DNA from: Amphiscolops sp. MND2022
Taxonomy: Eukaryota
Direction of reading: 5' to 3'
NCBI GenBank assembly: GCA_964187785.1
Contig: OZ076409.1
Coordinates: forward strand, 3,040,001 to 3,104,000
DNA length: 64,000 nucleotides
Below, piece after piece: positions 37,601 to 51,400 of this stretch (position 1 is its first letter; each line of letters begins with the position of its first letter). Under the pieces are notes generated by a model that saw only the letters and a program-made list of their open reading frames with translations, did not search any database and was not told the origin of the DNA. A program made the position numbers and the translations under genes.

Positions 37601-39447
37601 GATGTGTTAAAGATGAACAATTCACAAAAACGAGTCAATTACATGCAATTTCAATTTAAAATGAACATGAAGATGTAAAATGGATGAAAAGTTACTAAAA
37701 ATCACATGAAAAACGCATAAAAACAAAACACGATGTAAAACGGATGAAAAACGACCAAAAAACCAGAAAAAACAACACACAAAAATTTGAGATGAAAAAA
37801 GGATGAAATCACATGAAAATTTAGCTCAGACACACGAGAGATGAAAAAGTGATGAACTCAGTCAAAAATTCGACCAATCAACATGCAATATTTACTAGCG
37901 ATGCATTTGAGATGGAAAATACCATCAGAATGCGAACGCACTCACGTTCATGCTATCATAAGACTCTAGCTCGGCTAGAGGATGAAATAGCGATGAACTC
38001 GATCCAATTATTCATAAATTACATGAAATCAATTAACGAGATGAATTTGTGATGGACACTACCATCAAATCGTGACCGAATTTATCGTTAACCTGACACA
38101 ATACTCTAGCTTCGCTGGAGGATGTCAAAACGATGAATTTAGTCTAAATGGAAGTTCGAAAATATTAAATGACTTACCAAAAACTCCTTGCGGTGGGAAA
38201 CACCATCAACATAACATCACAATAAATCAGCTAACTCTCAAACAACATGTAACTCCACGAAACGATAAAAAACAACCGACTTTATTTCGAATCATGCAAA
38301 CAGAATTATGCGACACAAAAAAGAAATGATCAATACATGTAAAGTTCAAAGACCTGCCAAATCAATGACGTCACGAAAGAAATTGAAAATTCCAAACTAC
38401 ATGCAATACAAATGAGTAACACACGGAAATATACATGAACCGTTTAAAAACGAACAAGATAATATATGCAATTCACACCAAAGCCATCCAAACCTAGACG
38501 AATAAAAATGAAACAAACAATCGAAAATACATGAAGCCTAATAACTTACATGCAAAATATAAGAACTGACGAAACACCTACAAAACGAATAAAGGAGTGA
38601 GCACCCCCCAGCAAACATCAGTTCATAACAAGCAAAACACCCCTATCGAGAAGCCAAAAACATTCCTTCGTGCTGGCTGGCATTTCTCTGAAAAGAGTGC
38701 TGGTTAGTTGAGGCGGGGAGCTCACAACCATATTCGGATGAAGCTTGCTGCGTTGGTTATCCAGCGGCTAGTGGATTCTCAGTTAGTTTTGTAGGGGCTT
38801 TGAGACGACAAAGCCCTGTCCAAATTGACGAACAAAATCAAGAAATAACCAACATGCAAATAATGGGGTAACCCATTAAAAGATTACATTATGAAAATAC
38901 CACGAACACCAAAACGACATGTAAAATTAAAAAGAGAATGAAAATCATACTGAGACAGTATAAAATGAGTAAAACATGCACATACCATATGAAAAGTACA
39001 TTCCCGAAAACGTCAGAGTCACATAGCCACGAAAACGCACAAAATTACAAAATTGCAAAATTACGATGAAAAGAAGATGAACTATACCGCAAAACGAGCA
39101 AAAAACTTGCCAAGTCAAACTTGCGATGCAAAAACGATGAATTACACCAAAAAACTAGCAAAAATGCAAAAATTAAAAGGCAAGATGAAAAAACGATGAA
39201 CTATGTAGAAAAATCACATGTAACAAACATGCAATGAATCGCATATAACAAACGATGTAAAAAAGATGAGAAATCAGTTTTCGCAACGTCGCTCGGCCGA
39301 CCGAGGAAAACGTGATGAAAATGAGATGAGAAATCAAAAATGAAACGCTACCGAATCACCTACACTCCCACGAGATGTAATAACGATGATTACCGCAAAA
39401 AGACTAGCTGAGAATTGTGACAACGCAAAAACGATGTGAAAACGATG
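37601..39447 (+). promoter_or_regulatory. Two phased GATG-N7-GATG arrays (9 + 7 copies) between pol and the accessory gene
   Basis: 37601, 37672, 37732, 37791, 37840, 37900, 37981, 38040, 38121; 39065, 39125, 39184, 39254, 39314, 39374, 39433. Confidence 0.7.
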
Positions 39448-39754
39448 CTAATTGAAATTTGGAACTCTGAATGACGTGACCTAACAGCAGAAACTAATGA
39501 TCCGCAAACCTAACCTGCCTACGACCTCAAAAACTAACTAGTATCTCAAGAGAAAAACAATTCGGGTGCCACATCATTTAACTTGTAAATACAAGCTACC
39601 GAACTTTCCGACGTAGCCTTTTAATTTTCCCCCTCCCAGTATTCTCATTTCTCTTGGCAACACATTATGATAACAAAATACTAACTATAATATAAAATCA
39701 AGCAAAGCAATACAAAAGTTTCAAACAACGGAGTTTACAGTTGGATCTCAAACA

Positions 39755-42700
39755 TTAATTGCCGATCTCCGGACTGGCAGCTCGTTCCCCACTAAGCGTG
39801 TATCCTAGCTTCGCATACAATTGGAGACGATAATCTTCTCCGGCCACAATTCCGATGTCGTCCCACAACATACCCTCGTCCAGCTCCGCCAAATTGACCA
39901 ATCGTCGATGTGACTCAGTCACTTCCTCTAACAAACGGCCGCTCACACTGTCATAACTTTGGATATGATTAGCAGACAAATAGGCCAAAATCACAGCACA
40001 AACACAACTCGCGACATCGCTACTTAACTGCCCAAATCCATCGCAGCAAAGACTGCTTCTGCTCTGAACTCCTCCATCTAGGCATAAAACACTGCGAAGC
40101 AGATTCTGAGCGCCACCACTAGAACAATGGCGAAGAAGATCGATGACAGAACAACCCTCTGTACGTCCTGCTAGTCCCGGGTCACGTCGGATATTGACAA
40201 GGAAATCCAGAAAGCCACGTTCCATCCGACCCTGCTCCGCACGGGTGATCCGACCCAGATCCACAAGCACATCAGTGAAAATCCTGATCTCGTCTAATAG
40301 GACGTCCTCTGCAACAAAACTCAGACAGGGCATACTGAAAACACTGCGCACAAACGACAGATCGTCTCGCACACCTGGCAGATTGATAACAGTCTTCACA
40401 ACGGTTAGAATGAAAACCGGAACAAGTGACAAATCCTCTTCATATAGAGCGGCATTCGAGCCTTGATCGTCCACACAACGAAATCCGTCCAGCAACACCT
40501 GATGTTTCACTTCTGAGATTTCATAGCTTTCCACATTCAGAAAGAGCCATCCACGAATGTCCAATTCCGATGGTAGCTTTTCTTCCTCTACTAGCATCAT
40601 CATCAGTGACTTCACAAAGGCAGCACTCTCAATTGCCCAGTAGCACGCGCGCAACGTCGAAGACCCAAAACTCTTCTCGTAGGAGCTGATCACTGAAAAA
40701 CACGAATCACAATTATCACAAGAAACAACCAGGTTTAACATTACACCCACAACCGTATAGCTTCCAACTCGATCTCAACAAAAAAACCAAAACCCCCCGT
40801 AACTTACAGAACTAAAGTATTACTAACAAGCACAGTACACAAGACCAAGAACACGGAGTCTAATCGGAATGCCGACCTCAGCACGTAGTGTCAAGTCTAA
40901 GGCATCCAAAGGCCCTTCACCACTAGCGAAGCGTAGCAAGCATAAGATGTCAGACCAGTTCGTCCGTAACTCCTCGCACACATCGGCCAGGGTCCAAATG
41001 TACACCTCGCCGGTAACAATCGCCTAAAATGTAAATAATACCATCCCAATCAATTCGATAAAATCAAACAATTACATCACGCCTACACACCTGCACAACA
41101 CTAAAATTATTACATCAACCAATTCTCTAATATACTACGTACTTGCAGAAGTTGAGGGCATCCTAGCAACAGAGGATCTTTCACGTATCCTTTGAGACGT
41201 TTCTGTAAATGGTTCAGTACCACGTGAATGTCTGTACCCCCCAGCACTGATCCGGCCACATCCACAATTGCCCGACTGACATCTGACAGACCCAGAGACT
41301 TCACGTCCAATGATCCGACTCCTGTGCTGCTTCGAAAGAGCCCACCCAGCTGCGGCAACTCATCGCAACACAGTCCAAGTGGGACTGGCTCACCGAGCAT
41401 ACAGCACCACATGTTCACTAGCCATGTGATTACCCTGCTTTCCCAGTCTCGAGCCACACTGAAGCTATACACACAGTAGTGCTTGACCCCGTCTAACACA
41501 CACACTGTAACAGTCCCTGTCACGCGCCCTCCCACAACTGACAAATGGAAGCTACTGTAAGTGCTATCGGTCCAGACAGTGATCAGTCGCCGCATCACGT
41601 ACGGCCACAGCCCTAATACGATCACGCTCTAAAACAAAAACGCTGTGAATAAAACATAAAAATAGCATCCACCCTACCCCCCACCCACTACTAAAACTAG
41701 AAGAACACATAATGGCCAAAAGTATGACTAAAAAACATACGAGTAGACGCTTACCATGACATCGTTCAATCCGCATTGCGCCCCAAACAAAACCGCATGT
41801 TGGGGATCGGAAGCCACCAACACTTCCCACAGGTTCGTGACACTGGCAAACTGACAATCACGATATAGGGCGTCCACAACAAAGCAAATAAACAGACGAA
41901 CAGTTCGCTCTGGCCAGTCTTCCCCTTCCTCTTCGTCGCCCCACACAGGTCGTCCAGCACCCTCCAACTCGAAAACTTCCACCACATTAAGTGATGGACA
42001 GGTCTCTATGAAAGGCACGGACACCCCCTCCAGGTTCACACGGCATTCTGCACTTTCGTCACTTGTCATGAGAGTTCCATCACGTCGCCGCAACGGTAGC
42101 CCTCGGTGCAGCCGTACCACACAATCCAGCCGATGATGGCCTAGGCCTCGGCAGTGCTCCATAAAGGTGGTAATCCCTCGGCTGCCCACCTTAACATCTC
42201 TCTTGCACATTAGACATCGCACATACGACATGCGCGACTCGTGATTGCGTGAATATCCTAGCGCCAGCCCGCAGTATGGATGATCAAACCATCCAGACTT
42301 GATCACTTTCTTTCCTGATAATCACAACCACACAATATAGCAAAAGTAATACCATTACAAACCATCATAGACAACGACTAAAATCATCTGTTACACATCA
42401 GAAAAATCGAAAAATGCAAAAGTCACAAGTAAAAACCAAAAAAGTTCACCCGGAGTGATGAAAACATGATGTAAAATAATATTTTCATTGGAAATATAAG
42501 CGAAAAACGAAGAAAAAACGAAAAGATGAAAAAGAGATGTGTTTGCACACCACCAGAATGAAAAATGGAAACTTTAAAGAATGAAAAACTCGAACGATGG
42601 AAAAGAGATGAATAGAACGACTTTAAACCAAAATTGAGATATTTTAGAGCGAAAACAACTTAACGATGAAAACGAGATGTAAACTGAAAAGAAAACACTG

Positions 42701-44422
42701 AAAAATAGCGAAAACCGAAACGAGGAATTTTAAAGATGTAAAAGAGATGGAAAGTTCTAAAAAAGGACCAGAGAGCGAAAAGACTATTGTTCAAAACTTT
42801 TGACGATGAGAAAGTGATGGAAAATGGAAAACTGCAGAAAACCATATAGTCAAAACAGAAAAACAATGGAAAATGGATAGAAAAGAAGAAAAACGTGAAA
42901 AATGCTAGTGAAAGTAAAAACGAAGAAGGAAATGAATGAAAATCTACTGATCAGATACTTCACCGGTTTAAAGCTGTTTAGTTAACCTGGCAGACGAGAT
43001 GCAATGGGCTCGTCATCGGAGTCCAACAGGCTGGGTCCCATTGGAGACGTCTCGATGTCAGCAGTAGCCACATTGGACGCAACACTCCCTGGAGCAGACA
43101 CGCCAGACGGAGGACTACGAAATGAGAAATCGTCAGGGATTTCCAGTAGGGTCTCGGTGGTGCCAGCTGAGGGAACTTCGGACGGGGCAACGTCAACGTC
43201 AACTGCCCCAGGAACATCAGCAATCGGTGGAGGAGGAGAAGACGGTGGAGTAATCGCTGGAGGATCATAGCAGGTAGCAGCAACTCCAGTTTCAGTGACA
43301 GCTTGGACAGTTTGATCTGCAACGCCCACACAGGCATTGATGGCCATGTCTCTACAATCGACAACAGCATTTACAGCAGCGTCGAGAGTAATACGAGCAG
43401 GAGGAGGACTAGCAACGGTGAAAGATCGCCTCAACACTGGCGACAGTACAGACACTGGCGCCTGCCTGACAGGAGAACTCACTCCAGTTAGCGACAGTTC
43501 ATTGAGGAACGAGGAGAGGTTGAGTTGAGGAGGCCCTCCTTGTGTGCTGACGTCAACGCTGCCATCACCGAAGTCACTGGTCCCGATCCCGATAGAATAG
43601 GTGATGGGACGCGGTCTCGGGGCATGGATAGGCGTTGGACCTGAAAGAAGGAAACAGAAATCAGACGACGACGAATGAAGAAGAAAGTGCGCGTACGCCG
43701 CGCGAAGAAAGAAGACAGGAGAAGAATTCATCTCAAATCCATCCTCAAAATGGAATTCGCAACGAATCAGCCATGAAAACTGTGGATATTCATGATACAT
43801 CCTAAATTCATCCTAAAAATGATTTTTATGAGGTAACCGACCGCGAAGGGCACTACATGCAGATGAGATGTTTACATCGGAATTACATCGGAGTGTCCGG
43901 ACGATGCCTTAGTACAGGAGGAAAGTAAAATGGAGTCAACTCACTAAATTGCTGGATGCTATCTCGTAGCATGTCCCGCATGTGGCGATCATACCACCCG
44001 AAGGTGATGCTACCGAGGGAGGCATACCAGGGATAGTGATCTAAACAGTAACGGAAAGAGTCAGCGTCTGAATGGATCGGGGATGAGAAAAGAAGAGATT
44101 GTAGACTGAGATGATGATCTGAAAGGAAAGAACTTACACTGCGGAAGATACGGGACGTTAGGGGCCTGTTCAATTTGCTGCTCAGGTTGATACTGAGGTG
44201 CGGGAGATGCTGCATGGATTGGAGCCTCTTGAGGCGGAACTGTCTGCAATGTAGTCAGCTCGGAAATGATGCCGACAGAGTGAACGGAGTCCGCTAAAAC
44301 CAAGACACGCCTTCAGTTCCTAATTATTCCCTAACCCGTTTATGAAGAAGAGAAAAAATAGTGCACTTACTTTCTGTGGCCTCGGTCTCCGGTAACGAAT
44401 AGACGGAGTGGATATCCGACAT
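39755..44422 (-). CDS. Antisense 7-exon accessory gene of element B, predicted 1013 aa (S/T/P-rich N-terminus, CxxC..H..H Zn finger, hAT-like helical body)
   Basis: Exons 44422-44371, 44293-44138, 43640-42987, 42314-41755, 41628-41143, 41023-40828, 40692-39755; all GT-AG with compatible phases, 3042 nt with no internal stop; the exon-3 donor (CAG/GTTAAC) is weak. Confidence 0.78.
42457..42819 (+). promoter_or_regulatory. Six GATG-N7-GATG motifs, ~70-bp period, in intron 3 of the accessory gene
   Basis: 42457, 42525, 42596, 42665, 42735, 42805. Confidence 0.7.
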
Positions 44423-45190
44423 CGTGAAGAATTGCAAAACAATCTGAAAAGGAACGGAAGAGAGTGAAGAAAGGAACGAAATCGAAGAATCTGAGGACAA
44501 GAATTTGATCAGTAATTAAATGGCCTGATCAACCATGATTGCGAGATTACAAATTCACGAAAAACTTTAAAGAGCGCGAATGCTGCTTGAGCGACAGGAC
44601 AAACCAAATACTTGAAATTCAGAAGATGAAAAATCGATGAAAACTCTCCGATTTCAATGACTCTCTACACTTTTCTTCCCAGTTTCAACCAACTTAGCAA
44701 TTTTCTCTGAAAATGAATCGCCCCCCAGAATTTGACTACAAAAGCTTCAAGTATTTGATTTTGATGACAGTTGCCAGTCTCAGATCAATGCCGACGAAGT
44801 TGAGCGGAAACGCGCAAAGGAAATCGTGGCGATTTTCAAAACCGACTTGACGGAAGATGATTCACGGATGAGAATGTTTGTTAACAACCGGTTGAGTTTC
44901 CTCCAGTTCTGAAAATTCAGTTTTCCGCCAATCAGAATTTAGCAGCAGTTGCTATGGCGACGATTTCATCTCTTTCTCATCGCTGAGAAAATCAGACAGC
45001 GGAAGCGACAGTGACGGTTGCTATGACAACAAAATCATCTCTTTCCTATCGCGGAGATTGACAGAGCGGCGGCGCCAGCCGTCTGTTATGTCAACATCGA
45101 TGTCTCGCTGAGTAAACAATTCATCGTTCATTCATCCCGGGAAACTTCGGCAGACAAGAAATGGCGCCGATTTACTGCCAAATTGTCAAC

Positions 45191-45390
45191 NNNNNNNNNN
45201 NNNNNNNNNNNNNNNNNNNNNNNNNNNNNNNNNNNNNNNNNNNNNNNNNNNNNNNNNNNNNNNNNNNNNNNNNNNNNNNNNNNNNNNNNNNNNNNNNNNN
45301 NNNNNNNNNNNNNNNNNNNNNNNNNNNNNNNNNNNNNNNNNNNNNNNNNNNNNNNNNNNNNNNNNNNNNNNNNNNNNNNNNNNNNNNNNN
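45191..45390. other. Assembly gap (200 N)
   Basis: N run. Confidence 1.
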
Positions 45391-45403
45391 GTCCCGCGTC
45401 ATA

Positions 45404-48400
45404 AAATCAGGTATTGAAACTCCTAGTTGCGTCGCTACTCCGTATTATTTGTTGAAACCGTTTTTGTTCGGGCAATTCCATTTCCTAATTGAGTCTCAAA
45501 ATTCCTGTAAAATAAAATTCTAGCTGAAATTTTCATCGACGAAAGCACGCCGGCGTGATCAATTAGTCACTTCCCAAGTTAGGAAATTAATGTTCGAAGT
45601 AAAAGTATGACACTCAAAAATATCGACGGAAATGAAGCAGAGTAAAGGAATTCGGAAAATGGGAAATACCTAAATACTGGAAAGGAACAAACGATGCTGA
45701 AACGAGAATATCGAAATTATCAATACAGAGAAATATTCATCATACTTTTAACAATAGTATGGGCTAAACACAAACATTAACAATTACAACGAGGACAACC
45801 CGTTGTATAAAACATAATCACCGTCAAAATTAGAAAATAGTGTAAAACTCCCAGTTATCAAAATAAGCAACAAACTAGCATAGAATTAGTAGCATCTCAT
45901 GATTGCAGTAGTGACACAATCTCAGAAAATTGCAAGAGGACATTTGGAAAATGAATTGATCTTACGTTGCATCTTCGGTCTTTTTGTCAAAAATAAATCT
46001 TGCATAAGATGGAATTATTCAATTGGAACTCTTCTGCCAATGAAATAATTCCAACGTAAGTCAAACGTGGTTTTTGTCATCAGTGAAATGTGCACTTTGC
46101 CTTATTTCAATCATTGTATTCAGTGAGGAATGGGCAGAACTAAGTATATTGAGAGTAGCATCATGAGGCTGCTTTGATATCATTGGGGAAATTGACACCA
46201 TTATGGGGTTTTGAATTACAAAATAGAATTGCACGTAACGTAAAACAAACGTAAAATCAAAATCACGTTGTGTTTGTTTCATCACTAACTTATTACCAAG
46301 TTACCTTTTTAATCTTCCTTACAGTACAGCTTTTCTTATATGAAATCCTGTTCCAAAATTCTCTTAAATGCGTCGGTTCAAAAAGGAACTGCGTCAGAAT
46401 CTCGTTTGTACCAATACTTCATATCTGCAGTTGTACAATGTGCTCCGTAAATGCTCCGTACGTATTAGGATTAGTTATAGCTGAGCGGCGGTGGCTGGCG
46501 GAGCGGAAGCGGAGGGCGTAGGTGAATTCTTTCTTTTTCTCTCAGCTAATTGGCGTTGCTAGGGGTAACCAAGCGTGATTTCTATTAGCTCTAGCTCAAA
46601 TAGATCATTTAGGGAACAGCACTATTGGTCCGCAAAAATAGAAACACCCATTACTAGCTTAGTTGAGTGACGCTGTCATAACGTTGTAAACATTGGTTTA
46701 AAACCACTTGACTGAGGTTTCAAGCGGATATTTGACAACTACTTTAACACTGGAAAAACAACTCCTCTATATTTTGTATGTTTTCCATTTTAGATCGTAT
46801 GAAGTCCGTTGGGATCTCGGAGTTAAACCTTGTTGCTAATGTTTTCATTTCAGTGTGGAAAAGAAGAGAAAAATGATCCCATTTTAGAAAATGTCTCTCT
46901 GTTATTATTTAGATTTGTATGGAAAAATCAGATAAAGAAACCGAAAAAAAAAGAAATAGCGTTGCGCGTGAGAATATTTGACCGGAAGTTTTAGTTAGTC
47001 CAAAATCAATTCTAAAAAGATTCCGTGACGCTTACGGCGTGTTTCGTAACTGAAAATTACCTACAAATAGTTTAGCTGAACTGTAAGTAAAATTAGGTTC
47101 TCTTACTCATTATTGTTAGTTCTGTAGTTTGATAGTTCGGTTCTAATGGTACTTGCAGTACCCTCGGCCGCGTCTTCTTCCTATCGCGTAGCACCAGTCG
47201 CAACCACGTCCGGGAGCGGGCTAGAAACGCGGGCAGTCCGTGGCAATGGGGATTTTTTTGATCTGCACTCGGGGGCGGCTGGTGTACCTTCTAATTTGAT
47301 GGGGGCCACGACCACGGCCGACGGACATGTAGACGTCTTTTTTTCTTCTCTCTCGAGCTCTAGCGGCAACTTTGCGAAATACTCTTTGGCTTCAGGGGTG
47401 CACCAAGCATTCTTATAATCTTCGGCAAATTCAAATCTCGTGCGGAGCTCGTTTAGGTCATTTAGGCTGTTTGTCACTGGGGCGTCTGAATCACGGGAAG
47501 GCCACACAGGGGATGGTCTTAGAGGAGCGTCAGGTTCTTCATAGTAGTCCATCTCTGAGTCTGATCCCTTTGTTGTTGGCAAGTTTGGCAAGTTAAATTT
47601 CACCTTTTTTGTTTTTTATCTTCTAGATAGGGCTGATTTTCAATTTCTTCGGCGAACAGCCGAAATCAAAAGTCGTCTCGTACTCAGGATCGCTCCCGCG
47701 GAAGACTTCCGTAGATGAGTCGCTTGGGTTAGCTTTCTCCACCATATTTACTAGAGAGTTTTTATTGGTGTACTTCTCCTTACATTCTCTTAATCCGAGG
47801 AGTTGTCGATAACAAGCGAATATCCGTTCATTGTTTTTTGATTATTTTTCAGGAATTTCTTGTTTGAGAGGGTGAAGGATTTCGAAAAAAATGAGACAAA
47901 TATTGCAAGCTCGTCAGGCAGGAAATTGGACGACAAATGACCGTTTTAATTTCCTTTCAGTCGTAGCTTTCTTCGAGTTTTGTTGGTCCGTTTTTCCGCT
48001 TTCGTGTCGGTCCGTCCTGACCTTTTAGGGCGACGAACTTCTATCCTCGTTGTGATTGGTCAATAAGATGGATTAAAATAGGAAATTTTCATCTTAATTC
48101 CGTTTTCCTTCATCAGCGTCGTTATGACGTCATCAATTTTCTCGAGAAGGTTACTTTCACGGAACGTAACTTCTAAAATGGTTTTTAAGAAGGCTTTCTT
48201 CAGAGCTTCTTGATGAACTTTTATTCACTAGTAGGATTTTTTGGAAACGTTTTGTTCCCAACAATGCCGTAATAGCCTTTTCAGTGAAGTTGAAGAATAT
48301 GCATCTTTCCTGAATACGTAGGGATGACGTTGCTAATTTCTTTTGGTTGGTTACGTTCACACAACGCGATTTTCTTTCCTTGATTTTCCTTTTCTTTTTA

Positions 48401-51400
48401 GATTGTCTTGAAGATGGTCCCGCTGTTCTTGGTTTTGTGGAGATGGGAGACGAAAAATTTTTTCCTCCTACAGTTCCTCCAAATCAGGTATTGAAACTCC
48501 TAGTTGCGTCGCTACTCCGTATTATTTGTTGAAATCGTTTTTGTTCAGGCAATTCCATTTCCTAATTGAGTCTCAAAATTCCTGTAAAATAAAATTCTAG
48601 CTGAAGTTTTCATCGACGAAAGCACGCCGGCGTGATCAATTAGTCACTTCCCAAGTTAGGAAATTAATGTTCGAAGTAAAAGTATGACACTCAAAAATAT
48701 CGACGGAAATGAAGCAGAGTAAAGGAATTCGGAAAATGGGAAATACCTAAATACTGGAAAGGAACAAACGATGCTGAAACGAGAATATCGAAATTATCAA
48801 TGCAAACAAATATTCATCATACTTTTAACAATAGTATGGGTTAAACACAAACATTAACAATTACAACGAGGACAACCCGTTGTATAAAACATAATCACCG
48901 TCAAAATTAGAAAATAGTGTAAAACTCCCAGTTATCAAAATAAGCAACAAACTAGCATCGAATTAGTAGCATCTCATGATTGCAGTAGTGACACAAACTC
49001 AGAAAATGGCAAGAGGACATTTGGAAAATGAATTGATCTTACGTTGCATCTTCGGTCTTATTGTCAAAAATAAATCTTGCATAAGATGGAATTATTCAAT
49101 TGGAACTCTTCTGCCAATGAATTAGTTGCAACGTAAGTCAAACGTGACTTTTGTCATCAGTGAAATGTGCACTTTGCCTTATTACAATCATTGTATTCAG
49201 TGAGGAATGGGCAGAACTAAGTATATTGAGAGTAGCATCATGAGGCTGCTTTGATATCATTGGGGAAATTGACACCATTATGGGGTTTTCAATTACAAAA
49301 TAGAATTGCATGTAACGTAAAACAAACGTAAAATTAAAATCACGTTATGTTTGTTTCATCACTAACTGATTACCAAGTTACCTTTTTAATCTTCCTTACA
49401 GTACAGCTTTTCTTATATGAAATCCTGTTCCAAAAATCTTTTAAATGCGTCGGTTCAAAAAGGAACTGCGTCAGAATCTCGTTTGTACGAATACTTCATA
49501 TCTGCAGTTGTACAATGTGCTCCGTAAATGCTCCGTACGTATTAGGATTAGTTATAGCTGAGCGGCGGTGGCTGGCGGAGCGGAAGCGGAGGGCGTAGGT
49601 GAATTCTTTCTTTTTCTCTCAGCTAATTGGCGTTGCTAGGGGTAACCAAGCGTGATTTCTATTAGCTCTAGCTCAAATAGATCATTTAGGGAACAGCGCT
49701 ATTGGTCCGCAAAAATAGAAACACCCATTACTAGCTTAGTTGAGTGACGCTGTCATAACGTTGTAAACATTGGTTTAAAACCACTTGACTGAGGTTTTAA
49801 GCGGATATTTGACAACTACGTTAACACTGGAAAAACAACTCCTCTATATTTTGTATGTTTTCCATTTTAGATCGTATGAAGTCCGTTGGGATCTCGGAGT
49901 TAAACCTTGTTGCTAATGTTTTCATTTCAGTGTGGAAAAGAAGAGAAAAACGATCCCATTTTAGAAAATGTCTCTCTGTTATTATTTAGATTTGTATGGA
50001 AAAATCAGAATATGAAACCGAAAAAAGGAAATAGCGTTGCGCGTGAGAATATTTGACCGGAAGTTTTAGTTAGTCCAAAATCAATTCTAAAAAGATTCCG
50101 TGACGCTTACGGCGTGTTTTGTAACTGAAAATTACCTACAAATAGTTTAGCTGAACTGTAAGTAAAATTAGGTTCTCTTACTCATTATTGTTAGTTCTGT
50201 AGTTTGATAGTTCGGTTCTAATGGTACTTGCAGTACCCTCGGCCGCGTCCTCTTCCTATCGCGTAGCACCAGTCGCAACCACAACCGGGAGCGGGCTAGA
50301 AACGCGGGCAGTCCGTGGCAATGGGGGTTTTTTTTGATCTGCACTCGGGGGCGGCTGGTGTACTTTCTAATTTGATGGGGGCCACGACCACGGCCGACGG
50401 ACAAGTAGACGTCTTTTTTTCTTCTCTCTCGAGCTCTAGCGTCAACTTTGCGGAATACTCTTTGGCTTCAGGGGTGCACCAAGCATTCTTATAATCTTCG
50501 GCAATTTCCAATCTCGTGCGGAGCTCGTTTAGGTCATTTAGGCTGTTTGTCACTGGGGCGTCTGAATCACGGGAAGGCCACACAGGGGATGGTCTTAGAG
50601 GAGAGTCAGGTTCTTCATAGTAGTCCATCTCTGAGTCTGATCCCTTTGTTGTTGGCAAGTTTGGCAAATTAAATTTCACCTTTTTTTTTCTTTTTTATCT
50701 TCTAGATAGGGCTGATTTTCAATTTCTTCGGCGAACAGCCGAAATCAAAAGTCGTCTCGTACTCAGGATCGCTCCCGCGGAAGACTTCCGTAGATGAGTC
50801 GCTTGGGTTAGCTTTCTCCACCATATTTACTAGAGAGTTTTTATTGGTGTACTTCTCCTTACATTCTCTTCATCCGAGGAGATGTCGATAACAAGCGAAT
50901 ATCCGTTCATTGTTTTTTGATTATTTTTCAGGAATTTCTTGTTTGAGAGGGTGAATGATTTCGAAAAAAATGAGACAAATATTGCAAGCTCGTCAGGCAG
51001 GAAATTGGACGACAAATGACCGTTTTAATTTCCTTTCAGTCGTAGCTTTCTTCGAGTTTTGTTGGTCCGTTTTTCCGCTTTCGTGTCGGTCCGTCCTGAC
51101 CTTTTAGGGCGACGAACTTCTATCCTCGTTGTGATTGGTCAATAAGATGGATTAAAATAGGAAATTTTCATCTTAATTCCGTTTTCCTTCATCAGCGTCG
51201 TTATGACGTCATCAATTTTCTCGAGAAGGTTACTTTCACGGAACGTAATTTCTAAAATGGTTTTTAAGAAGGCTTTCTTCAGAGCTTCTTGATGAACTTT
51301 CATTCACCAGTAGGATTTTTTGGAAACGTTTTGTTCCCAACAATGCCGTAATAGGCTTTTCAGTGAAGTTGAAGAAGATGTATCTTTCCTGAATACGTAG

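Larger units (their letters stand above)
29430..45190 (+). mobile_element. Gypsy-type retrotransposon B with antisense spliced accessory gene; 3' end runs into the assembly gap
   Basis: gag-PR-RT-RH-IN order; a shared GATG-N7-GATG motif marks non-coding DNA from 29541 to 45136; LTR pair not identifiable. Confidence 0.8.

Noticed and set aside
39755..44422. Independent host gene or separately inserted DNA transposon
   Set aside because: No TIR or TSD seen, it shares the element's motif arrays, and a homolog occupies the same position in element C; not fully excluded without genome-wide copies
45161..45523. ORFs spanning the N run
   Set aside because: Assembly-gap artefacts
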